A stretch of 64,000 nucleotides of DNA from the NCBI GenBank assembly GCA_964252035.1, contig OZ176204.1; one strand, 5' to 3'. Of this stretch, positions 12,086 through 24,430 are shown piece by piece. This stretch comes from Podarcis erhardii. Lineage: Eukaryota. Position 1 is the first letter of the stretch, and every line of letters starts with the position of its first letter. The notes beneath the pieces are model-generated. The model was not told where the DNA came from and made no database searches. It worked only from the letters and a program-made list of their open reading frames with translations. Position numbers and translations under genes: made by a program.

Positions 12086-15000
12086 TCTGCTAAGGGCCTG
12101 TTTCAGAAACTTTATGTTTGAAAGTTGGAACATATAACTAAACACCAGCGATGCTTATTCCACAGCACCTCTTCCATCCTTACGCCAGGATTCCATCCAA
12201 AGGAAACATTTTTCTCTTTTTTAAAAAAAAGACAAATAATTAATGTTAGTGGCCATCGCTGATATCCACGTTGGCCACCCATTTGAGAATGTTAAGAGAG
12301 GAAGTAATTTCTTATAAACTACCTATCTATTATAATGGAAATATCTACGGCTTCCCTGCCTCCCACCCCTCAATTTAAGTAAGAATCTTATTGGCATTTC
12401 CATAAGTTCTCCACGAGTATAAAAGCCATATAATGGGAACAAGGTGAGAAAGCTGTTCAGCCTTGTTTCACCAAGAAAAGGTCGTAAGTCAGGCAATTGG
12501 TGTCTGACCTGTCAGGAGAAGGTATAAAGGCTTCTTTCATTCAGTCGCTCACAATTTTCTCAGCTCTCACAAAAGTGTTTTTATTATTCTGTTTTCTTAC
12601 CTCGTCCCTTAATTAAAAAGCTGAATGATTAGAATAGCACCTGCATAATGTCTGGACCACGGCTGCATACTAATTCGAGAGGCTTTACATCTCGTAATTA
12701 TAACATAAAATCAGAGATTGAATAAAACAGAAGGATTGTGCCCCTAAAGCCCTGCTAATCCCCTTTAAAAGAGTCTGCTGAAATAATTCAGAACACTTTC
12801 CGGAAGTTGGATTACCGACTCCCTTTTTAACTTTGCACAATGAAATGATATTTCACACTTAAAGGAGTGTCTGAATTTTTACAACTGTTTCCCCCCCTCT
12901 TAAATTGGACCGTTTCCTGGACGATTAAAAAAATAATCTGAGGTACTCCCTATCCCCAATCAAACGTTGTTGTTTTTCTTTTGTGTGCTTGTGTAACACG
13001 CACCCACACCCACACACCACCAACAACATTTTCAAGTTTAGGAAAAATACAAGCAGTTGTAATAGAGACCAGATTTATCAGGATGTTTAGCAGCAAAGCT
13101 AAAGCTATTGCTAAGGGAGAGAATAAAATTGTCACGGGCTACCTGGAGATATATTGTTCTAGCCATATCAATAAATAAATATGCTAAAGAGTGCTGTAAT
13201 ATCTTCAAACTCGACACTTGTGAATAGATACGGAGTCAATAAAACAATAGCACTATGTTGCATGGCTACATTTCCCCCCTCTTAAGTAGTTCAGTTGAGA
13301 TTAATGAGGTTGATTCAGATGAGGTGGGTTGTGGGGTTGTTTTCGACGTTTCAGTGAAGAACAACTTCACCTAAGCCTCGAGGTAGTCAGTTTTAAAGAG
13401 GAATAATATAAAGGGTTGGCTTATTATGTGAAAGCATCTGAGAATTCTGCCACCATTCAGTCAGACGAGAGTAAGTGTATTTAAACCGACTAAGCCACAC
13501 CGGAGGCCAATGAAACAGGTAATAAATGAAGCCCCTCGCTTAACTGGGCTGTGGATCGAGGTCCCCAACACTGCAAAACATACAGAGAGAAAAGGGACAA
13601 AAATATTGGGAGAGAATGTAGAAAGTCCTCACGGTTAAATAGAAATCTTTTTTAAAAAATGTATATACGTAACTAAAAAGTGATCAGGTTTCTTTCAAGA
13701 AGGGAAGGAGACGTTGGATCATTCAACAATTTTCCAAATTTATGCATTGATCGAGAGGTTTCTTCCACTCCCATGTTTAGGAAACGTCACATGAAATATT
13801 TTGAATCCATATCCCCCCCCGAAGAACTTGCTAGAAATTTTGCACGTTCTGCAATCTTCATCGATTTATTTGCTCTTAAGAGGAAGAAAGATGTGCAGAA
13901 ACAGTTTTGAAAAAGTAAACCTACCTTCTTCAAACTGCATTTTGAATGCTACTGACGTAGCAGTGGCGAAGGGATTCAGCCAAGGTTCAAAGGTTAGTTT
14001 GCAAAAGAAGGAACTGCTCTTTCAATATATCATTCAGGATATATCCGTGAAAATAAAACATTTATAATGATGCTGATCATTTTTACATTGTTTTCACACT
14101 CTCTCTCTGTGTGTTTTTTTTTAAAAGAACTAATTACCACATACTGTAGCTGCACAATTCTCAAACTTTCTTTAGTTCCTGAACATGCATAGAAAGAAAG
14201 GAAACATTTTGCCCCTTTGCAAAGGTTGCAGCAGTTCTTTTGAATAAACAAGTAAGAAGAAGGGAATAAAAAAATTCCGATGATGCATCATTTCTGCATC
14301 CTATCTCTATGGAATAGGGATTATATTATATCAAAATTCTTTTCTATCAAAAGAAGACTTACTCTTTGGTTAAGAGGTTGCATGAGGCTCAAAGGAAGAA
14401 CGTGCTTTAAATAGGTGTGTGCATGCCTCCATGCATTTTCGCCTTCATTTGGAAATCACCATTCTCAGAAGCTAACCTAAAATAATGTGAGTGTAAGCAA
14501 ATGAACATATGACCCAGATAACATGCTGAGATTTAAGTGAAACTGGGGATATTTCTGGTGCGCATGAGAAAAGTGGGGAGTGAAAGCAGGAGAGGACACT
14601 CGATCACCTTTAATTCCCTAATTTTACTCTGGTTTCTATTACTTCTTCCTTTGGTTATGACGCCAACAACAGGACTGATGTACGTGGGAACGCCACGATG
14701 CTAAGTTCACGCGACTGTGTGCACCAGTTGTAGCGTGTATCTATCTGACCTTTAATACCCAGTCATCTCATTGGACCCATCCTTTGAGCACATTACATGA
14801 AATCCAGCCTAGGCTTGCCTCCCAAATTCTTATGTGTGTGTGCTTAGCGGTCAGTACCACTTAGAAAGTTAAGCGTTAAGGTTTCGAATCTCTCTATTCT
14901 CATCGACATAATGGAATACTCTGGCTCTCAGAGTGCCTAGTCAGCATAGACGACATTGCCCCTCGTTTCCATTTGGTGTAGCTAGCTACTGGATGTGAAT

Positions 15001-16339
15001 ATACCGGGCTTGAAAATGTGTAAAACACAATCCATCGGAGGTGCCTCTTGTGCAAGCCCCATTGAATTGTATGGGAAGCAGGCAAGACGACGAGAGGGTA
15101 CTCCTTCACTCCGTAGTGACACGACCATGGCCTGTGACCCATCAACCCCTGGTAGATTTCAAGAGTTGTTTCGAACAAAGATTTCAGGAGAGCAATTCAT
15201 GGAAGTTATGTTGTATGCCTGCAAACGAACATGGCATTAATTTCTCTGGATCTCCACGTAACACACTATACATACATCGTTTCTTCGAACAGCGCAGAGA
15301 ACATTTAGCACAAAGTCAACTTAAATCGTGGCTCGCAACCTCTAACCCAAAAGTGTCCATTGTGTTCCTCCTGGCAAAACTTTCATTTCTGAAATATTCC
15401 TGGTCCTTTACTCGGAAAGCGGAAATGTCTTTCCAGGAACTGGACCAAGACCCGAGGGCCAGCTTCCGCCTGACATTCCCTGACACTACCTTCGAATCTA
15501 ACCGTCTCTACACGAGAAGCTGGGCGGCGAGAGCGGATCATCACCACCCCCCGGGTCATATACTTCTAGAGAGAAGCGCGGGCCATTCGTTTTTATGGGC
15601 ATTCAATTAAAGGAGGTTGCAAAGACCCCGAAGGTCCTTTCTTCTTCTGCCTGCCTCCCCCCCCCCCCAGCCCTTCTCCCTTGTATAGTGTGCCTGGGCG
15701 GAAACGGGGCTCGGCCGTCCTGATTCATATTTCTAATCTTCATTTCCTAAAGATACAAATGGCCTTTTGTGAAATGAATGGTCTTTAATTAATGCGTCCG
15801 CACAATGCAGGGGCTTGCATGGGGATCGATGCTAGAAAGCAACAGGGGAGGAAGCCATCCGAAATGGATTGTCAGCATTAAAGGAAGAAAAAGGCAGCAG
15901 CGTCTATAGAAAGAGCAGGGAAGCCTGCCCACACGTCTCTCCCCATGTTGTCCGAGGGAACCTTCCATGTCTTGCTGACTACAGCCGAGTGTAATGATGA
16001 TTACAGGGCTTCTGTCTGCGATTAGGGGCCATATAACTCTTGGCTTTAATAGTCACCGACTCTCCAGCGTTGGGTTGGGGTTAGGGGGCGTTGTTTTGTT
16101 TAGTTTTTGTCGTCGTGCTTCCTACTCGCCAACCTTGCCGTCTGTAGAACAACCCACATTCCCCTCACTTCCTTGAACTCCTTTCCCACGTTCCACTAAC
16201 CTGGTCTTCCTCTACCCCACCTTGGTCATATAGTTCGGCTTCTCTGTAGATGCATAGTAACGGGCCGGTTGTGAAGAATGCAAGCAAGGAGTGTGAGGAA
16301 CACAACTAAGGTGGGATAGAAGCTAGAGAGTAGCACAGG

Positions 16340-16630
16340 GGGACTTGCTTCCGAACACGCATAGGACAGGGCAGTCAACCAATCGCCCTATCCCAGCTTT
16401 ACTCAGATCTAAGCACCGTTTGTATAAGCACACCTTCTTTCCCAGCATAAAGGAAGTGCTGCAGACGCTAGCCATCACACACATTGACTTGGGTGTGGGT
16501 CTCGCTGATTTTAGTGACCTGTCCTTCTTTAGTGAATGATAGCCCGATCCTATATATAGCTTGCTTGCTCCAACTGATTTCGACGGGACTTACTGTCGAG
16601 TGAGCGCGCATAGGATTCCGGTCTTGCACT
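16340..16630. mobile_element. tandem array of about 3-4 degenerate MITE-like copies
   Basis: Repeated end motifs GCATAGGACAGGGC, CCCTATCCC, GCCCGATCCTA and GCATAGGATTCCG with internal CTGATTTCGACGGGACTTACT. Confidence 0.5.
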
Positions 16631-17099
16631 GATAATATTTCCAAGCAGGAGAAAGGCAAATCAACGACTTGCACAATGCGCATGTGCAGCAAAACGCAGT
16701 AGTAGGCATAGACAGCTAGCAGCGTTCGATAGATAGATATATACAGTTGTGGGAAGGCGGAGAAATTTGAGGGGATTCATTATGGACTATTCACATTGAA
16801 AAAGGGATTGATTACTATCTGCCAGTGAACTAACTTCTTAAAAACAAGACAATCCCACTCCCGCAGTTCTGGAAATATTTATAAAAACAAAACACTAGTG
16901 TAGTAGAAAGCAGATATTATTTTCCTGCGCCAAACCATTTCTTGGGCACCATAGCTTTCCAACCCTAACTTGAGAGAATCGTTTATCATTTTCAAGGGGC
17001 ATTGTTGAAACCACAACGGATACTTGATTTTCAAAGAATCAGATGGAAGGGGGAGGAGAGAAGAGAGAAAAGTAAAGACGAATTTAATCACAAAGAAGC

Positions 17100-20000
17100 A
17101 AGTTTTATATTTCTCATGGAGGGTTTTATTTTAAAAGTACAAATTATTTCTCCATAAGATTGAGTTTTCAGATAGCAATGATGTTTTCATCCAATATTCT
17201 TTTTTTATTTATTTAAAAATCCGTAACATGTCCATAATATTCCAACAACAATAATTGCCATTACATCGCATTAGAAACCGACCCAAATTATACATGGTTG
17301 CTGCGTAGAATTGATTTTTCCTTTTGCTGTTTAGTGTACAAGTGATAGGAGGGGATTGTTAAAAAAACACCTTTCAGAAATAGCACGGTAGGGCGAAAAA
17401 TAAAACATTTTAATTCATCTTTATAAAAAGAAGCACCGAAGCTTCGTAAATATTTAAAGATACAATAACACTACGCAGAATTTGTACAAATATCCTTTTC
17501 AAATAAAGAAACATTAAAACCCTGGGGGAAAACTGCATCTATTGGTAGATTGGGAACTGAATTTGGATTATAATGTTCCTTGTAAACGACACATGATTTT
17601 GAAATCAGTTTTTTAAAAAATGAGATACCCTTATCTACTGAAGTTCCTGTATTGAATCGTGAGGAATCATCCATTGTGTGTTTCCTTACCCATTCATCCT
17701 AGAAGATGTAACCTTAAATTTGGAAAATACCTAGGAGAACGTCTCCCCCCCGCTTTTTTTGACCTATACCATCTATGCAGAAGTAAGTGATTTACATTTA
17801 CTCCCGGGTAAATGTGTATCTGATTGCAGCCTTACAGCTCAATCCTCGTTTACCCGCAAGTCCCACTGTTTTCAATGGGGCTTACTCCCATGAAAGCGTC
17901 ATTAGGAGTCATCCTTACTCCGCTATCTTTTCCCACACTCCCTTTTAAGAATGATACCAACTCCACGATTTTTCTCTCCCCATCCACACTCCGTTTTGCT
18001 GAAGTCTCAACTTTTGGAGATCTCAAAAACTTTCTCACTATTTTGTGACATTTTTGTTGGCCTAATAAAAGTATTGCCCTAATACTATGGTGTGGGTAGG
18101 TGGGAGTTGCGTTGCGTTTCTTCTTTTGTCTATATTTTTCATTCTGATTAAGGCAAGTGCTATTTAAACCTCAATCCTGAATAAATGCCTAAATTTAAGA
18201 TGAATCTCACTTATTTCAAAGAAGCTTATTACTTCAGAAATTGTTTAGGACCACAGACTAGAGTCCCGCTGGAAACATTTCAAAACTAACCACGATACAT
18301 AGAAGTCATTATTATTTATTTCACTAGGACTTATTTCACATATGGATTGGAACTGATGATGTACAATTGGTTTAAACGACAAATCCTTCTGCTAACTGAG
18401 GTATAGACTGGGTGACTGCGAATTACACTTCCTAAGACAGCCTCCATAATGCAAGGCCCGGTATCTTCCAATAAACAGGCACCAGCTCTTCTTTCCTCAG
18501 CCTCTGAGCCAACAAAAACTTACTGGGATCACTGCCAATAGTTTACACTCAGCACTTGGCTGCGACAAAAGAGGGCCCAACAACGATGCTACCATTTCAT
18601 GGGGACCCAAAACTACCAGTGTGGCAGAAATGCTAAACTGGTGAGCAGTGTATTCTCCAAGCCACTATCTCATTCCCAAAGACATCTATGGACTCTAGAG
18701 TTTGGTGTTGTTGTTTTCTCCTCCCAATTGAGAGTACCAAGTTGCGGAGTGAGTGGAATGCTGTTACTTTTCTTTCCACTCGCTGACAATAAAACATTGA
18801 GACATATGGAAGCCATCGCTTTGAAGGCGTAACCATTTTAGTGCACTGCAGTAGAGAAACGTGTTTTTTGATAGGTAGTCTCAGCATCAACAGGAGCCGA
18901 GCCTGCAATAAAGGCATGTACGAGCTGTTGCATTCTTTATACTGGGATAATGGGATGGTAGCGAGGGTCTGCAGCTACAGACTTGGTGCTCATGGATGGC
19001 GTTCGTAGGAAGTTGGGTTTTGTGCAAAGAACAAAGGCTTGGGCAGAATTCCAGCAAATGAGTTCGGAATAGAAGATCCAGTCGGGCAGTTCCTCTGGGG
19101 CTGAGAAGTTCGGAAAGCAGAAGGGATCCTCTCTCGCTCTCGTTCTCTACCCCCCTCTCGTTTCCCCCTCCCACCCTCCCCACCCTAGAGCTACACGCCC
19201 CCCTCCACCTACAGAGAGACAGACATAGGCAGACAGACGTAGGTAGATGTATGTATCTGATTGTATACTGGGACATTTTCTGTCTCCATCCCAACGTTAT
19301 CTTTTAAGAAGTTTGGTTCCATCTCTTTAGAAACGGTCCCAGCTAACGGGGCAGAGGGAGTTTGACAGAGGGGAGAACAAATCGCTGACAAAGAACCTTT
19401 TTACGTTTCATCAGCGTTGTTAGGGCGACGAGGAGGAATTTCTCAGATAATAACTCCCACTTCAAAGATTTTTCAGCTCAATAGAAATTGGACCATCCTT
19501 TTTTATTCAGCCACAAGGGCTAGCACTAAAGACGACTCGACTGTTTGAATTTTTTTTTTTGTTCGGCGTGTTTATTTTTCCCCTATTCACTGGGGTACTT
19601 GGATAAAATAAACAAGAAGACAATTACTGGAACATGGACTTCTAACTTTCCCGGGACCGTGGCCCATCGCCCGTGGCCTCAGACTTGGGAGTGTCAACTT
19701 CTGTAGCCCTGGAAGGCATTAAACCCTAATTTCTTGGGACATGGTTTTTGCCACACACCTAGGATCTAGTCCTTGTTTGTTTCCGTGAAAGAGTCAAGAA
19801 ATTCAGAAGATTCCTCAGTCTTTGTTCTGGAAATGGTATCCCTTTCTAGTTCAGTCTCTATCTTCAGCAGTGTGTGTGTGTGTGTGTGTGTGTGGATGTG
19901 ACTGTGTGTGTTTACAAAGAAGGAAATAGTGTCAAAAAGCAACTTAAAGCCGCAGCATTCAGCAAGGAGCTGGACCCTAAGGAGGATGGAGTCAGACACA

Positions 20001-20968
20001 GAAATATCGAAATGTTACTTGCAAAGCAAAGATCAGCAAATGTATACATTTATGAATAAGAATATTGACACCAACCACTGTTGGGACCGTACTTGTAGGC
20101 TGTCTTAGGGTTAAGGCTTGGGGCGTGGAGACAAGAGTTTTGTGAGCTCACTAGTAAACAAAACTGGTCCACTACTGACTTGCTCCTGAGCAGTCCTATT
20201 CTAGCCAGGTGGGCTGCTTTGAACAAAAGTGGGTCCTCTACTATTGAGTCCCAGCCCCAGATTTCCATGGTGCAAAATTTCACTCGGCACTGGTAGCTCT
20301 TATAAAACCGCCTCGCCCCCCCCCGCCCCTACTTCTGTTTCTTAATCGCAGAGATCCAAGATGCTGCAACAAAAGCCCTCCTTAGAGAGTAAGCCAGCAA
20401 AGCAAGCCAAAGGGGACGAGATGGAGGAAGTCCATCTCTGAGGAAGAGCAGATTGAATGTATTAAGCTAGCATGAAACCAAAGGTCAGTGCAAATGTATC
20501 TTAATAGACTGTCTCGAATGGAGTGTGCCTCCTTTTCAAGGGCGCTTGCTATTGCTCTGCTCATTACCATAGCGATCCTAACGTGGCATGTTGATGCACC
20601 ATAAAGCTCACACTTTCAACCCCCACCCTCCAACCAAAAAAAATAAAATAAAAATCAGAGCCTTTGAACAAGGCCGGGCTTGATTAGACCTTTCTCCTTT
20701 TCTTTTCCCTCCTTCAAACCCATTTCCTCGCCTTTAGAAAAGTCGCCATCAAATCCCAAAGGCCGTCTCTGATCATGGCCCAGAAGGAGAGAAACAAAAG
20801 TGAACTGGCGGACGGCGATTCAGGCGGCCCCCTTTTTCTTCCTGACATTATTATCCATTCTGATTATGGGCTGGAACAAGGACCCCCATTCGCGTGGGGG
20901 TTTTCTTGCCCCGGAAATTCGGAGGGAAAATATGCATACTCCACGTCCATCACGAACACAACATACAA

Positions 20969-21002
<34 letters not shown>

Positions 21003-21347
21003 TGTAGTTTTGGCACTGTTGGGGTGTTTTCTTTTTATATATATATATACATCGGTGAGGATGGGAGAAAGAAACTGAGCCGCGAGGGGATGGGGAGAAA
21101 GAGAGAGAATCTGTTAGACCTAAATATTATGTCCTTCATGAAAAGACTGGACGGGCTCCAGACTTCGCTTTTCACTCTTTTTAAGTATGACTTGCCTATT
21201 GCTATAGAAATCTTAACTCACCATGAAGATTCACCGTTGCGAAGAAATACTTTCATTGTGAGAGACTGCTTTGATGTCTAAGGCATAAGATGCGGGGCTT
21301 TTCAGCTGCCTCTGTCTAGATTACCTTGAGAGCAACGGGATAGACAT
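17100..21347 (-). other. ZIC4: ZIC4 terminal exon (1 coding nt plus 3'UTR); 5' boundary well supported, 3' end tentative
   Basis: Minus-strand acceptor GGCTAATC (branch, ~31 nt upstream)...TTTTTCATTTGCTTGTTACAG|ATGTCTATCCCGTTGCTCTCAAGGTAATC at 21348|21347. Joined to GAA TG at 23908 it forms TGA. The exon start resembles the human ZIC4 3'UTR start as I recall it. AATAAA on the minus strand at 17204-17213 and 17125-17130 suggests the far end. Confidence 0.7.
17760..17917. mobile_element. two MITE-like copies sharing a central TTA
   Basis: ...GATTGCAGCC-TTA(17832-17834)-CAGCTCAATCCT...TCCCACTGTTTTCAATGGGGCTTACTCCC...TTAGGAGTCATCC-TTA. Confidence 0.65.
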
Positions 21348-23639
21348 CTGTAACAAGCAAATGAAAAATTAAAGGTGATTAGCCTACACATCCAAAAACC
21401 GCTTCTGCAAAGAAAGAAATCAAGAAGAAAAGGGAGAGGGAGGAGGAGGGCCGAGGGACGGAGCCGGGAGGGGGCAACCCAACTCCAGACAAGGTGGAAG
21501 CATCTTTCGCAGATGGCCTCCATCCATCCATCTCTACCTTCTCATTTCCACGACGGCTCCACTAGATCAGAGGGAGTAAACGAGCAGCAGCAGTAGTGGC
21601 AACGAATATCTTGTTTTGGTTTTTATCCTGAGAATCGGGACGGGATGGTTATTTCTTTGTTTGCTATGTTTCGTCCATTTAACTCGGCGATCTATTAAGG
21701 ATCTCTCGCTGAGGCAGTGAGAAGGAATGGGGAACCAAGTCATGCACATTGTTCAAAAGGTAGATAGGTGATAGAGGGATTGATACCCAGATAGGTAGAC
21801 TTTCTTCTATTTATTTTATTTTTTAAATTTAATGCGAATGCCTGAATGACATCAACCGCCCCATCTTCAGACGTAAGTACCACGGTGTTCACACTTCACT
21901 GGGATGTCCCAATGAACTCAGTGGAACTTACTTCCGAGTAAATAAGCATATGGTCCTGCTGCACAAGGAAGATAGAGAGAAAGAAAGAGTTCAGAAATGT
22001 GGGAATGTTAAGGAAGGTAGGAGAGGATATATTGTTTTGATATTATCCCTCCTCACTCACGCTCAGAGCACATTCCCTTTGGAGCCACATTCCCCTGTGT
22101 GTCCATTCTAGGCAACAGGAAAATGTTGTACTTAACTGCTCTAGTAATAATACCTCCCACAAGAAATAAGAAATTTCTGTTGGTGGTGGTGTGTGCATGG
22201 CTAACCCAAAGACTGGGCTGGACGTTTTGCTTCACTCTCCTTCACTGAACTGAAGGAAATGGCTTTGTAGAAGTGTTTTGGCTAAGATCTTAGAGCGCCT
22301 ACAGACAAATGGGCCTTTCCATAGTTTAAAAATCGATTAGAATGAACCACGCCCCCTCCCTCATTCCTAAATATACTGCCTGTAAATAAGTTTCATTGAA
22401 GTATATGGGTCTTACTACAAAGTGATGCGTTTAGGAGCTACAATCAGTAAATGAAATCCATATAATAATATTTCCACAAGCATTCCCCCCCCCCCGTCTG
22501 GGGAATTCGCTAGAGACAAGGACTCACATAGGGCTGATAAGAATCATATAGCTTTAAAGACCCCGACATATGTTCAAGATTTTAAAACCATTTTATTTTT
22601 ACCTTTACAAAAAATAATAATTAATATTTCGAATTGTTATTTTACATAACTACTGTTGTGCGTTTGAAAACCAGACCACCACTGGGTTTACACCACGGGT
22701 TCAGAAAAAATCGACACGTCGTGAATCCTTTTGGACAATCCAAGCAACTCAACACAATTACGTCACTCATAACAACTCCCCCCCCCCCTTCTCTCCAATT
22801 AACATGGATCTCACCTTCCATCCACTAAGGAATCACAAGAACTCACAATTCAACAGAAATAATGCGAGGGAGGGGGAAGAGAAAAGGAGAATATGTTTAT
22901 GCATTTAAATCCATTACTAGTGTAAATTAGAATGTACCATAAATCATTAAGCCACCCTTGGGTCTGTTTTATTAGTGACAACTGGGAAGAATATACTGGT
23001 GAAAAGGGGGCAGTAAAGAGATCCCCCCCCCGAAAAAAAAACGTCAACTGAACTGGTAAATTAATCAAAGTATTTAATTGATCGATTTGTTGTACAGTTC
23101 GGTAACAAATAATATATTTATAGATACTGATGTTCCTTTTTGGGAGAAAAAAAGCACACGCACACAGCCCCCCACCCCCGCCAAGAAACCCAATTAAAAT
23201 CCAGACACTGGGCTAATAAAACTGTCCAAGAAAAAACACCATCACAAGATACCAGCACCGACGATCGCAGCTGTACAGCTAGAAATCCGTATTAAAACAC
23301 TTTGGTTCATTGATACAAAAGGATGTTTCCATTCAAATCGAGGCCATTGTAAACGTATGGGAAGGAGTTGGTCCGCGGAGTCTGCCCTGGGAGGGTGTAA
23401 AATAAAAAGAAGAGCTCATGGAAAGAGGTGCGGGGAGGGGGAGGTGGCGGGAGGGGGGGTTGCTGTCCTCTGTGCCATAATAAATACAAAACGGGGATGG
23501 GGGAGAGAGGGAGGAGGTTTGTCCACCCCCCCCCCATGTATCTTCTCTCCGATAGCCTGTGCAGCATTTCTGATCGAAGGTGACTGACTGGGGGAAGAGG
23601 GAAGAGGCTGGGTAGGGGGGAGGGGAGGGGGAGGGGGCT

Positions 23640-24430
23640 TGCTCCCCAGGCCTGGGATCGATTTCCGCCCCTCCCCCAAGAACCGGGCCTTGCCGACCCG
23701 CCGTTCGTCCAGTTTGAGCCAAGGATCCACAGCACCCCGAAAAGAACAATGCAGTTTCGCCGCCGCCGGCGGGCCATCCTACCGTATTGACTTTAATAAG
23801 TGGGCCGGGGCTCGCAGTTCGTGTAAGCGGCCTCTCCCGGGTGAGGTGACGGAGAGTTACTGGGTGGAGTCGGGATGCCGCTGGCCCCTGAGCTCTGACA
23901 CACGTACCATTCGCTCAGGTTGGCTGCCGCCTGGGTGGAGGAAGCCGCTGCGGGAGGCGGTGGCGGTGGCGGCGGCGGCTGAGGGGGCTCCCGGCCGCAG
24001 TCCGACGACGGCGACACCAGCGACGGGGTGGACGACTCGTAGCCGGAGCTGGGAGGTGGGGACTTGCAGTGGACTTTCATGTGCTTCCGCAAGGAGCTGG
24101 GGTGCGTGTAGGACTTGTCACAGCCTCGCACTTTGCAGTTGTAGGGCTTGTCGCTCGTGTGCACGTGGGAATGCTTCTTCCTGTCGCTGCTGTTGGCGAA
24201 GCGGCGCTCGCAGCCCTCGAACTCGCATTTGAAGGGCTTCTCGCCTGCAAGGAAAAGAGGGAATCCAGGGAGACTTTGCGTAAAGGACCAGGGTGGGGAA
24301 AGGTGCGGGTGTGCGTGTTTTATTGGGGTGGCGTGTCTGCAGGTCACAGGTTATTGAGCGATGAGCTCTGTGTCGCCCTCGCCCCACCTCGCTTTCCCAG
24401 CAGTGGCCGTGGAGCCAAACCCAGCAGAAG
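23640..24430. promoter_or_regulatory. CpG island over ZIC4 coding exon 2
   Basis: Very high GC and CpG density. Confidence 0.7.
23793..24244 (-). CDS. ZIC4: Zinc finger protein ZIC 4, coding exon 2 (ZF4-ZF5 and C-terminus). Read-through form ends at TAA 23795-23793; spliced form uses the donor after 23908
   Basis: Acceptor CCCTCTTTTCCTTGCAG|GC at 24245|24244 completes the phase-1 Gly. Encodes [69 protein letters not shown] and the lack of an intron at HMK|VH are ZIC4/ZIC5-type features. Confidence 0.95.

Noticed and set aside
13344-13371. CGACGTTTC plus GTGAAG/CTTCAC hairpin resembling a Penelope-type hammerhead remnant
   Set aside because: The catalytic CTGANGA box is not intact and the stems cannot be assembled; an Infernal search would be needed.
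18149-21285. Two miR-124 7mer-A1 sites (TGCCTTA on the minus strand at 21279-21285 and 18149-18155) in the putative ZIC4 3'UTR
   Set aside because: Weak site class, close to chance in about 4 kb, and the UTR extent is uncertain.
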